From positions 12,221-76,220 of the forward strand of contig CAAGKK010000016.1 in the NCBI GenBank assembly GCA_900770385.1: a stretch of DNA of 64,000 nucleotides. Reading direction: 5' to 3'. The translations under genes were made by a program, and so were the position numbers. The notes beneath the pieces were generated by a model. It saw only the letters and a list, made by a program, of their open reading frames with translations. It had not been told where the DNA came from and did no database searches. This document shows positions 36,405-45,433 of the stretch, piece after piece (positions within the stretch are counted from its first letter, which is position 1; each line of letters opens with the position of its first letter). The DNA is from Clostridia bacterium (GTDB taxonomy: Bacteria; Bacillota; Clostridia; TANB77; CAG-508).

Positions 36405-36712
36405 ATAATTTCATTTTCCAAACATCAAAACACAAAATAACTAATACATAAATTATTAAATATTAACTATTCATTTTTCAATATTAATTAAATACTATAA
36501 AAATATTCAGCCTACATTTTGAGTACTTTCTTTCCAAATTAGACCCTCCAAGACAAGGGGGTAATCCGTATGCCTCAAAGGGCTGTCGGGCCCTAATTTT
36601 CCAAAAAAGTCTCAAAATAGTCTGAACTCTATAAATTATTAATTGTTAATTATTCATCATTCATTATTAATTAAATTATATGTAGGGGCGGAACCCTGTG
36701 TCCGCCCGAATA
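36405..36712 (+). repeat. composite repeat (second-family half copy + AT arm without hairpin + core + A-unit)
   Basis: The core is at 36506-36626. The right hairpin is gtaggggcggaaccctgtgtccgcccg (36682-36708). The left arm runs straight into the core with no GC hairpin. Confidence 0.85.
36506..36626 (+). repeat. 120-nt core copy (121 nt)
   Basis: Matches 5457-5576 except acaaGGGGGtaat. Confidence 0.85.
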
Positions 36713-36732
36713 TGAAAATCAAATACAAAATA

Positions 36733-37227
36733 TTATTCATCTATTTTAGAAGTGCAATGAGCACATTTGGTTGCTTTAAAGGGTATTTCAGATAAACAAT
36801 AAGGACATAATTTTGTTTTTGGTTCTTCTTCAACAGTTTCTTTTTTGTTTTTAGAAGTTAATTTTTTAAATAACGAAACATTTTGTTTGTCTGCAATTTT
36901 TGACCACTTTTCTAATTCTTTTTTCTTAGCTTCTTCAAATTTTTTATTTAATTTATTGATATACTTAATAACCAAGAATAAAGTAAATGCTACAATTAAA
37001 AAATTAACTAATGCAGATATAAAAGAACCATATTTAACAGATGAATTACCTATATGAAATACTAAATCTGAAAAATCCATTTTTCCTGTAAAGCTATTAA
37101 TTAGTGGCATAATAATATCATTTACTAAGGAATTTACAATACTTTGAAAAGCACTACCTATAATAACACCAATTGCTAAATCAATAATATTTCCTTTTAG
37201 AGCAAACTCTTTAAATTCTTTTAACAT
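36733..37227 (-). CDS. mscL: large-conductance mechanosensitive channel with C-terminal zinc-ribbon extension
   Basis: [27 protein letters not shown] is the MscL signature. The C-terminus carries CPYC-X11-CAHC. Start placed at ATG 37227 (GGAGG + 5 nt). The track start at 37239 is a TTG inside the RBS. Confidence 0.85.
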   Translation of the reverse strand: MLKEFKEFALKGNIIDLAIGVIIGSAFQSIVNSLVNDIIMPLINSFTGKMDFSDLVFHIGNSSVKYGSFISALVNFLIVAFTLFLVIKYINKLNKKFEEAKKKELEKWSKIADKQNVSLFKKLTSKNKKETVEEEPKTKLCPYCLSEIPFKATKCAHCTSKIDE

Positions 37228-37377
37228 AACTACCTCCAATATAAAAATTAATATTATATTATTCTAAATGTAGAAAAAAGTCAAATTTAGGTTAATTGAA
37301 TATTTTAAAATACAAATTATCTAATATAGACTTATTTTTTCTATGGTGGTATAATGTAAACTATAGGAGAATACTAA

Positions 37378-40300
37378 ATGAATGAAATAGCTAATATATT
37401 AACTCAAAATGAAAAATTTAAAGACATTGTAAAAGAGATAAAATTAAATACCACCCCAATATCTATATTGGGGTTAGTTGATGTTGCAAAAATACAATTT
37501 GCTAGCGCTCTATTAGAGCAAACTAATAAAAAAATATGTATAATTACTTACAATGAGATACAAGCTAAAAATTTATTAAAGAATTTAAATTATTTTAATA
37601 AGAAGGTTGTATATTTTCCTAAAAAAGAAATAGTAACTTATGATTATGATGTAGAAAGCAAAGATTTAATATATGAAAGAATGGATGCTTTAAATAAAAT
37701 TTATACTAATGAGGCTCAAATTATAGTTACAACAATTGAAGCATGCATGCAAGAAATGATTGCAAAAAAAGATTTGTTTTCTAATATTATTAGTTTTGAA
37801 TTTGATAAAAATTATAATTTTGAAGAAATAAAACAAAAGTTAGTTAACCTAGGTTATGAAAGAGTAGATTTAATAGAGGGAAAAGGTCAATTTAGTATAA
37901 GAGGAGATATTTTAGACATTGCCTTAACCGAAAATAAAGGTGTAAGAATAGAATTCTGGGGAGATGAAATAGATTCTATAAGATATTTTAATATATCTTC
38001 ACAAAGATCAATAGAAGAAATAAAAAAAATAAATATATATCCAGCACATGAATATGTATTAAATAATTCAATAGATGAAGTATGCAAAAAAATAGAAGAA
38101 ACAAAAGAAGATTTTCCATATTTAGAAGAGGCAATTAATAATGATATAGAACAAATAAAAAGTGGAAATTATATATCAAAAATAGATAAATATATTAAAT
38201 GCTTTTATAACCAAAGAAATACAATACTAGATTACTTGTTAAAAGATACTATTACTTTTGTAGATGAGATTGGAAAAGTTAAAGCTAGAGTAAATAACAT
38301 ATTATTAGATAATAAGTCACTAATAACAGTATTATTAGAAAAGAAAAAATTTGTGCCTCAAATTATTGAAAATTTAAAAGATTTCGAACATATTGATATA
38401 GATTTAAAAAATAGACAAATAGTGTATTTAGAAAATCAAGATTTACCATTAAATAGGCCAAATAGTTTTAGCTTTACATATAAAGAATTGAATTTTTACA
38501 AAGCAAATACAGAAGCACTTATAGAAAAAATAGAAACAGGACTAAATGATAATAAAAAAATAATAGTTTTGGCAGGAAATGAAGAAAGCTGTAATAAACT
38601 ATGTAATTTGCTTTTAGAAAAAAATATTCCATATAAATTTGAAAAGAAATTAGAGAATGATATTTCAAATAAAGGAGTATTGGTAACAACAGGAATATTA
38701 TCTTCTGGTTTTGAGTGCTTTGATACTGGGTTAATTGTAATCACAGGAGAAGAACTTTTTTATAGTGAAAAAAAGAAAAGAAAAAAGGCAGTTTCAGCAT
38801 TCAAACAAGGAGAAAAAGTTGTATTTGCAGATTTAAAACCTGGTGATTATGTTGTGCATAAAACTCATGGAATTGGACAGTTTATAGGAGTAAATACCAT
38901 AAAAACACTTGATATAACAAAAGATTATATAAAGATCAAGTATAAGGGAGAAGACTATTTATATGTTCCAACAAATGATTTAGATAATATAAGAAAATAT
39001 ATTGGTGGAGGAGAAGCAGAACCAAGGTTAAATAAATTAGGCAGCAAAGAGTGGGAAAAAACAAAAGCTAAAGTTAAAAATAATCTAAGAGAAGTTGCTC
39101 AAAATTTAATAGAGTTATATGCTAAAAGAAAAAAAGCAAAAGGTTTTACATTTACCAAAGATACTCCATGGCAAACACAATTTGAAAATGATTTTCCATA
39201 TACAGAAACAGATGACCAATTAAGATGTATTAGTGAAGTAAAAAAAGATATGGAAAAACCTCTTCCAATGGATAGACTTTTATGTGGAGATGTTGGATAT
39301 GGAAAAACAGAAGTAGCAATGCGTGCAGCTTTTAAAGCTGTTATGGATCAAAAACAAGTAGCGTACCTAGTGCCAACTACTGTTTTAGCAAACCAACAGT
39401 ATGAAGCATTTAAAGAGAGAATGCAAGAGTTCCCAATAAGAATAGAATTATTAAATAGATTTAGAACACTAAAAGAACAAAAAGAAGTAATAAGAAAGCT
39501 AAAATTAGGAGAAATAGATATTGTTATAGGAACTCATAGAATACTTAGCAAAGATATAGAGTTTAAAGATTTAGGATTATTAATAATTGATGAAGAGCAT
39601 AGATTTGGTGTAAAAGATAAAGAGAAAATAAAAGAATTAAAAGAAACTATAGATGTTTTAACAATGACTGCAACTCCAATTCCAAGAACTTTGCATATGT
39701 CGATTGTAGGAATTAGAGATATGTCTGTTATTTACGAACCACCTCAAAATAGAAAACCTGTTCAAACATATGTGTTAGAGTATGATAAAGAAGTAATAAC
39801 AGAGGCAATAACAAAAGAATTAGAAAGAGATGGGCAAGTATTTTATTTATTTAATAATGTAGAAGGTATAATTAGAAAAGCAGATGAAGTACAGGACTTG
39901 GTTCCAGAAGCAAAGGTTGGATTTGCACATGGAAAAATGACAGGAAAAGAACTAGAAGATATAATGCAGGAATTCGTTGAGGGAAAAATTAATGTGTTAG
40001 TTTGTACAACAATTCTTGAATCAGGTATTGATATACCTAATGCAAATACTATTATTGTAGAAAATGCAGATAGACTTGGTTTAGCACAGCTATATCAAAT
40101 AAGAGGAAGAGTTGGTAGAAGTAATAGTCAAGCATATGCTTATATTACATATAAAAAAGAAAAAATGTTATCAGAAATAGCGGATAAAAGATTAAAAGCA
40201 ATTAAAGAATTTACAGAGTTTGGCTCAGGATTTAAAATTGCAATGAGAGACTTAGAAATAAGAGGGGCTGGTAGTTTATTAGGAGAAATACAGCATGGAC

Positions 40301-40821
40301 ATATGGATCAAGTTGGATATGATACATATTGCAAGTTGTTAGACGAGGTTGTAAAAGACATGCAAGGAGTAGAATACCAAGAAGAAAAAGATGTTCAAAT
40401 AGACTTAAATGTATCAAGTTATATTCCAGATGAATACATAGAAAATACTGCACAAAAAATAGAAGTATATCAAAACATTGCATTATCTAAAAATGAGGAA
40501 GATATACAAGATGTCATAGATGAAATAACAGATAGATATGGAAATATTCCAAAGGAATTAGAAAATTTATTAGATATTGCAAGAATAAAAAATCTATGTA
40601 AAGAAAAGAATATAATTAAGATTACTCAAAAGCAAAATAATATTGTATTTTTCTTTAATATAAATGATTTTGATACTGCAATAATAGATGTGTTAGTAAA
40701 AGAATATAAAGATGATATAAGATTTTCACCAGGAGCAGAGCCATATATTACATTGAAGAATAAAGAAGAAAATGCAAAAGTAATTTTAAAGAAAGCAAAA
40801 GAATTTTTAATAAAAATATAA
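37378..40821 (+). CDS. mfd: transcription-repair coupling factor
   Basis: 1147 aa. Helicase motifs GDVGYGKTEV, DEEHRFG and QLYQIRGRVGRS. UvrB-homology N-terminus. Confidence 0.9.
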   Translation: MNEIANILTQNEKFKDIVKEIKLNTTPISILGLVDVAKIQFASALLEQTNKKICIITYNEIQAKNLLKNLNYFNKKVVYFPKKEIVTYDYDVESKDLIYERMDALNKIYTNEAQIIVTTIEACMQEMIAKKDLFSNIISFEFDKNYNFEEIKQKLVNLGYERVDLIEGKGQFSIRGDILDIALTENKGVRIEFWGDEIDSIRYFNISSQRSIEEIKKINIYPAHEYVLNNSIDEVCKKIEETKEDFPYLEEAINNDIEQIKSGNYISKIDKYIKCFYNQRNTILDYLLKDTITFVDEIGKVKARVNNILLDNKSLITVLLEKKKFVPQIIENLKDFEHIDIDLKNRQIVYLENQDLPLNRPNSFSFTYKELNFYKANTEALIEKIETGLNDNKKIIVLAGNEESCNKLCNLLLEKNIPYKFEKKLENDISNKGVLVTTGILSSGFECFDTGLIVITGEELFYSEKKKRKKAVSAFKQGEKVVFADLKPGDYVVHKTHGIGQFIGVNTIKTLDITKDYIKIKYKGEDYLYVPTNDLDNIRKYIGGGEAEPRLNKLGSKEWEKTKAKVKNNLREVAQNLIELYAKRKKAKGFTFTKDTPWQTQFENDFPYTETDDQLRCISEVKKDMEKPLPMDRLLCGDVGYGKTEVAMRAAFKAVMDQKQVAYLVPTTVLANQQYEAFKERMQEFPIRIELLNRFRTLKEQKEVIRKLKLGEIDIVIGTHRILSKDIEFKDLGLLIIDEEHRFGVKDKEKIKELKETIDVLTMTATPIPRTLHMSIVGIRDMSVIYEPPQNRKPVQTYVLEYDKEVITEAITKELERDGQVFYLFNNVEGIIRKADEVQDLVPEAKVGFAHGKMTGKELEDIMQEFVEGKINVLVCTTILESGIDIPNANTIIVENADRLGLAQLYQIRGRVGRSNSQAYAYITYKKEKMLSEIADKRLKAIKEFTEFGSGFKIAMRDLEIRGAGSLLGEIQHGHMDQVGYDTYCKLLDEVVKDMQGVEYQEEKDVQIDLNVSSYIPDEYIENTAQKIEVYQNIALSKNEEDIQDVIDEITDRYGNIPKELENLLDIARIKNLCKEKNIIKITQKQNNIVFFFNINDFDTAIIDVLVKEYKDDIRFSPGAEPYITLKNKEENAKVILKKAKEFLIKI

Positions 40822-40828
40822 TTTATAA

Positions 40829-40924
40829 GCATTTGGAATTTAATATTTAGAATTTTGTAATATAAAAAAGATTTTAGAACTAATTTTAATATAGCCAAAC
40901 ACCAATTTCTAAACACCAAATACC
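40829..40924. repeat. second palindromic repeat family copy
   Basis: gcatttggaatttaatatttagaatttt ... ccaaacaccaatttctaaacaccaaatacc are imperfect inverted arms around an AT-rich centre. Confidence 0.55.
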
Positions 40925-40944
40925 AGTATAAGGAGAGAATTTAA

Positions 40945-41739
40945 ATGCAAATAATTACAAGTAAAGATAATGAAATTATTAAAAATATAAGAAAACTAAA
41001 AGAAAAGAAATATAGAGACATAAATAATGAATATTTAATAGAAGGAATTAAATTATTAAAAGAAGCAATAGAGGAAAAAGTTAAAATAAAAGTAATTGTA
41101 ATTTGTGAGGAATGTACTAAAGAAGGAATGATAGATAACAAACTTTTATATGAAATTGCAAAATATAACTGCATATATGTAAATGAAAAAGTTTTTGCTT
41201 TGTTAACAGATGTACAAAATCCACAAGGTGTGCTAGCAGTAATTGAAAAGAAAAATAAAGAAGAAGATATAAATTATAAGGAAGATATTATTGTTGCTTT
41301 AGATGGAATACAAGATCCAGGTAATTTAGGAACAATATTAAGAACAATAGATAGTGTAGGTATTTCACAGGTTATAGTTTCAAAAGAGACAGCAGATAGT
41401 TATAATCCTAAAGTTGTTCGTTCTACAATGGGAGCAATATTTAGGGTAAATGTGATAGAAAGTGAAGATTTATTAAAAACACTAAAAAATCTTAAAAAGC
41501 ATAAATACCAAATAATGGCTACTTCACTGGATACAGATAATAACATATATGATGTTGATTATAATAAAAAGGTAATTGTAATAGGAAATGAAGCAAACGG
41601 TGTATCAAAAGAAATATTAGAATATGCAGATGAAAAGATTAAGATTCCTATGCTAGGAAAAACAGAAAGCTTAAATGCATCTGTTGCAACTTCAATAATT
41701 TTATATGAATATGTAAGAAGAAAATTAAATAATATATAG
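40945..41739 (+). CDS. TrmH/SpoU family RNA 2'-O-methyltransferase (RlmB/YsgA-like)
   Basis: LDGIQDPGNLGTILRT, IGNEANGVS and ESLNASVATSIILYE motifs. Confidence 0.8.
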   Translation: MQIITSKDNEIIKNIRKLKEKKYRDINNEYLIEGIKLLKEAIEEKVKIKVIVICEECTKEGMIDNKLLYEIAKYNCIYVNEKVFALLTDVQNPQGVLAVIEKKNKEEDINYKEDIIVALDGIQDPGNLGTILRTIDSVGISQVIVSKETADSYNPKVVRSTMGAIFRVNVIESEDLLKTLKNLKKHKYQIMATSLDTDNNIYDVDYNKKVIVIGNEANGVSKEILEYADEKIKIPMLGKTESLNASVATSIILYEYVRRKLNNI

Positions 41740-41777
41740 AACAAATCGGCCGATTTGAATTTTAAAATGCAAAGAGA

Positions 41778-41814
41778 AAATCCCAACTAAGATTATAATT
41801 CTTGGTTGGGATTT
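41778..41814. terminator. bidirectional hairpin between convergent genes
   Basis: aaatcccaac ... gttgggattt is a 10-bp stem enclosing the stop codon of the minus-strand gene. Confidence 0.55.
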
Positions 41815-42344
41815 GTTAATAAATCTATTATTTTTGGATATATATTAATTGCATTTTCTTTCCAATTATCTGAGATAAATTTTGCTTGTTCACGAGAAGC
41901 GGCAAATGTAGAAACTTCAAAAATATTTTTATTATTTTCAACTACTTTACATTTAACTGTGAATTCTTTTTCACTATGTGGAACAAATTCAGAAACAATA
42001 GAAATTTCTTCTTCTATAGATTCTAATTCACCTTTAATAGTTTGATCTATTTTTAGCTTTATAATACCGGGAACTAGTTCTTTTGTTAATCCTAAGGCAT
42101 TTTTTCCAGCGGAGGTAATTCTGTACAAATTGTCAGTTGCATTTTCTGGAGTATATATTTCTATATATTTATTTTCTAATAAATCTAATAAGAATTGTTG
42201 AAAATAAAAATAATTCATATCTGTAATAGATAAAACAAGTTGCAATAATTCAGCATTATTTACTGGTTTATTTACTGTATTTAGAATATATAAAATTAGT
42301 ACTTTATTCTGAGCTAAAGTTTCATTATCAGATGTTAGCTTCAT
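41793..42344 (-). CDS. DUF4364-family putative transcriptional regulator
   Basis: The N-terminal pattern LAQNKVLILYILNTVNKPVNNAELLQLVL....NYFYFQQFLLDLLENKYI matches my recollection of DUF4364. Confidence 0.55.
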   Translation of the reverse strand: MKLTSDNETLAQNKVLILYILNTVNKPVNNAELLQLVLSITDMNYFYFQQFLLDLLENKYIEIYTPENATDNLYRITSAGKNALGLTKELVPGIIKLKIDQTIKGELESIEEEISIVSEFVPHSEKEFTVKCKVVENNKNIFEVSTFAASREQAKFISDNWKENAINIYPKIIDLLTNPNQEL

Positions 42345-42366
42345 TGCTTATCTCCATTCTTTCATT

Positions 42367-42975
42367 TTAGTTATTATTAAATGATATATATTTTTCAATT
42401 TCGTTCCATACAGCTTCACTGTATATTTTTTTTGAAGAAGAAAAAGGAAGAATAACATCATTGTCGTTTGCTTCTAAACTATTTCTTAAATCATTTACAT
42501 ATGAATTAACCTTTGTAGGAGCAATTTTATCAGCTTTATTTGCTAAAACAATGTAATTATGCCCAATACTTCTAATGTAATTAAACATTAATATATCATT
42601 ATCAGAAGGCTTATGCCTAATATCTATTAAAAGAATAATTAGGTTTATATTTTTTCTTGTGAAAAGGTATTCTTCAATAAATTCAGAAACCTTTTCTTGT
42701 TCCTGCTTAGACATTTTACTATATCCATAACCAGGTAAATCTACAAAATAAAATTTGGAATCTATATCATAGAAATTAATTTGTCTTGTTTTTCCTGGTT
42801 GACTACTTGTTCTTGCTAAAGATTTTCTATTTACTAATGTATTTATAAATGATGATTTACCTACATTAGATTTTCCAGCTAAAACAATTTCAGGCAAATT
42901 GCTTTTTGGATATTGTTTTGGACCAACAGCAGAAATTTCAAATTTTGGATTTTTTACAATCATATTTTTCTCCAT
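42367..42975 (-). CDS. engB: ribosome biogenesis GTP-binding protein YsxC/EngB
   Basis: G1 GKSNVGKSSFIN, G3 DLPGYG, G4 NKADK. Confidence 0.85.
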   Translation of the reverse strand: MEKNMIVKNPKFEISAVGPKQYPKSNLPEIVLAGKSNVGKSSFINTLVNRKSLARTSSQPGKTRQINFYDIDSKFYFVDLPGYGYSKMSKQEQEKVSEFIEEYLFTRKNINLIILLIDIRHKPSDNDILMFNYIRSIGHNYIVLANKADKIAPTKVNSYVNDLRNSLEANDNDVILPFSSSKKIYSEAVWNEIEKYISFNNN

Positions 42976-42989
42976 TTCATTGTTTGTGT

Positions 42990-44282
42990 TTAGTGTTTTT
43001 TATTTGGTATTAATTTTTCTACTCCACCCATATATGGTCTTAAAACTTCTGGAATGTTTATACTTCCGTCTTGATTATAGTTATTTTCTAATAAAGCAAT
43101 AAGCATACGAGGAGGAGCAACTACTGTATTATTTAATGTGTGTGCTAAATAATTTCCTTTTTCACCTTTTATACGAATGCTTAATCTTCTACTTTGGGCA
43201 TCTGTTAAATTTGAACAACTTCCTACTTCAAAGTATTTTTGTTGTCTTGGACTCCAAGCTTCTACATCAACACTTTTTGCTTTTAAATCTGCCAAATCCC
43301 CACTGCAACATTCTAGTGTACGAACAGGAATATCCATACTTCTAAATAATTCAACTGTATATGACCATAGTTTGTTATACCAATTGTAACTATCTTCTGG
43401 TTCACATACAACTATCATTTCTTGTTTTTCAAATTGATGAATTCTGTATACACCGCGTTCTTCAATTCCATGAGCGCCTTTTTCTTTTCTAAAGCATGGA
43501 GAATAAGAAGTCATTGTATAAGGCATGTTTTCTTTAGCTAATATTTGACCTTTAAATTTTCCTATCATAGAATGCTCACTAGTACCAATTAAATATAAGT
43601 TTTCACCTTCTATTTTGTACATCATTGCATCCATTTCTTCAAAACTCATAACTCCATCTACAACTTCAGAGCGTATCATATATGGCGGAATACAATATGT
43701 AAAACCTTTATTTATCATAAAATCCCTTGCATAAGATAATACAGCAGAATGAAGTCTTGCCATATCACCCATTAGATAATAAAAACCATTCCCTGCTACA
43801 CGACGAGCAGAGTCTAAATCTAAGCCACAAAAACTTTCCATTATATCTGCATGATAAGGTATTTCATAATCTGGAACAATAGGTTCTCCAAATTTTTCTA
43901 TTTCTACATTTTGAGAATCATCTTTTCCAACAGGAACAGAATCATGAATTATGTTTGGAATTTTCATCATTCTTGATTTTATTTCTTCAGAATATTGTTC
44001 TTCTAATTTTTCGTTTTCTAGTAATTCATTATTAATTTCTTGAACTTTATATTTAATATTTTCTGCTTCTTCTTTCTTTCCTTCTTTCATTAAGATACCA
44101 ATTTGATTACTTAATGTTTTTCTTTCATTTCTAAGTTCATCACCATGCATCATTGTTTGTCTATTTTTTATATCTAAATCGATTACTTCATCAACTAAAG
44201 GTAATTTATAATCTTGAAATTTTTTCTTTATATTTTCTTTAACTTTGTCTGGATTTTCTCTTAAAAATTTTATATCAATCAT
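42990..44282 (-). CDS. serS: serine--tRNA ligase
   Basis: MIDIKFLRENPD start, N-terminal coiled coil, class II motifs (FRKE..G.HG..RVHQFEK; GSCSN..DAQSRR). Confidence 0.9.
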   Translation of the reverse strand: MIDIKFLRENPDKVKENIKKKFQDYKLPLVDEVIDLDIKNRQTMMHGDELRNERKTLSNQIGILMKEGKKEEAENIKYKVQEINNELLENEKLEEQYSEEIKSRMMKIPNIIHDSVPVGKDDSQNVEIEKFGEPIVPDYEIPYHADIMESFCGLDLDSARRVAGNGFYYLMGDMARLHSAVLSYARDFMINKGFTYCIPPYMIRSEVVDGVMSFEEMDAMMYKIEGENLYLIGTSEHSMIGKFKGQILAKENMPYTMTSYSPCFRKEKGAHGIEERGVYRIHQFEKQEMIVVCEPEDSYNWYNKLWSYTVELFRSMDIPVRTLECCSGDLADLKAKSVDVEAWSPRQQKYFEVGSCSNLTDAQSRRLSIRIKGEKGNYLAHTLNNTVVAPPRMLIALLENNYNQDGSINIPEVLRPYMGGVEKLIPNKKH

Positions 44283-44294
44283 TATATGCTCCTT

Positions 44295-44555
44295 TTATTT
44301 TAAAAAATTGTTAGTTAAGTTTTCTACTAACTCAAATCTGTGCTTTTGTCCTGTAATATTATCAGGTCTTTTAGGTATTTCTTCTAAAAACATTTTTTCA
44401 GGACGAACCTATATATTTTTTGAATCATCTCTTTTATATAAAGGTTTATATACAACCATTCTTTCTTGATTTTCCGAATCATAAGCAATATTTTCTACAA
44501 AATAATAATTTCCTTTAAAATGTCTATAAACTTTTCCAATTTCTACAGTATTCAT
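44295..44555 (-). pseudogene. DUF1653-family gene interrupted by an in-frame TAG (codon 49)
   Basis: Hand translation: MNTVEIGKVYRHFKGNYYFVENIAYDSENQERMVVYKPLYKRDDSKNI*VRPEKMFLEEIPKRPDNITGQKHRFELVENLTNNFLK. RBS GGAGG + 6 nt. The TAG is at 44409-44411. Confidence 0.65.
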
Positions 44556-44706
44556 ACAAACCTCCTATAGCAATATTATGTATTGTATTTTATCATTTTT
44601 GCATAAAAAAAGCAATAGGAGACCCAAATACAAAAGTTTTATTTGAATAAATAATGCAAGAATAGCATATAATAATACAAATTTACAATTAAGGAGAAAT
44701 TTGTAT

Positions 44707-44991
44707 ATGCAAGAAGAATTTGTAAGAGAAATTAAAATAAAAGAAAAAAGTAAAGAAGAGCTAAATGTTATATTAGTACAAAGCATTATAAAAACAAATA
44801 ATGAATTAATTAATGCAAGAAAAAATTATGAATTTGCAGAAGGAGAGTTAATAGATTATTATTTATATCAAATAAAAGCAAATCAAGCAAAGCTAAATTA
44901 TCTAATAAAGAAATCAAAAGCAAATGGTATAACTATAGATAGAATAAAACAAATTGAACTAAAGAATATAAATTATAATGATGCAATATAA
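44707..44991 (+). CDS. yaaL: DUF2508 family protein (YaaL-like)
   Basis: Small helical protein immediately upstream of bofA, as in Bacillus. The pattern NARKNYEFAEGELIDYYLYQIKANQAKLNYLIKKSK fits DUF2508. ATG 44707 follows aaggaga. Confidence 0.6.
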   Translation: MQEEFVREIKIKEKSKEELNVILVQSIIKTNNELINARKNYEFAEGELIDYYLYQIKANQAKLNYLIKKSKANGITIDRIKQIELKNINYNDAI

Positions 44992-45041
44992 ATTATGAAT
45001 AAAATAAAAAGACAAGTCATAATATTTATAAAGAATAAGGA

Positions 45042-45314
45042 ATGGTGATTGACTTGGATTTTAATAGTATAATTGCTTTTGTTGCATGTATTTTTTTTAT
45101 ATTTATTGTTAGTAAAATTTTTATTGTTCCTATTAAGATTATATTAAAACTAATTTTAAATTCTATATTGGGAGGAGTTACTATATTTTTAATTAATGCA
45201 ATAGGTGGCTTGTTTGGTTTTCATATTGGTATAAATATAATAACATCTATTTTTGTAGGATTATTAGGAATGCCAGGAGTAATAGCTATAATATTAATAA
45301 AATTATTATTTTAA
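45042..45314 (+). CDS. bofA: pro-sigma-K processing inhibitor BofA
   Basis: 90 aa with 2 TM helices. Gly-rich C-terminal helix NSILGGVTIFLINAIGGLFGFHIGINIITSIFVGLLGMPGV. Confidence 0.75.
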   Translation: MVIDLDFNSIIAFVACIFFIFIVSKIFIVPIKIILKLILNSILGGVTIFLINAIGGLFGFHIGINIITSIFVGLLGMPGVIAIILIKLLF

Positions 45315-45433
45315 AGAATATTGTTGAAAAATATCTAAAAATATAATATAATCTACAATGTAAATAAGTTATGTTAAGAATAGTATAATATTCTTAAAAA
45401 ATTATTTGCAATATTTACAAGGAGGCATAATAT

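Noticed and set aside
44409-44411. In-frame TAG as evidence of stop-codon reassignment or pyrrolysine
   Set aside because: TAG clearly terminates other genes here (1162-2613, 4067-4273, 26344-26823, pdaA at 61510-61512). No pyl genes or PYLIS-like context are visible. A nonsense mutation or a base error is simpler.
44283-44560. Expected a T-box leader upstream of serS
   Set aside because: No T-box consensus (..GGTGGTACCGCG..) or specifier/antiterminator architecture appears on the minus strand. The space is occupied by the DUF1653-type reading frame, which ends 12 nt before the serS start.
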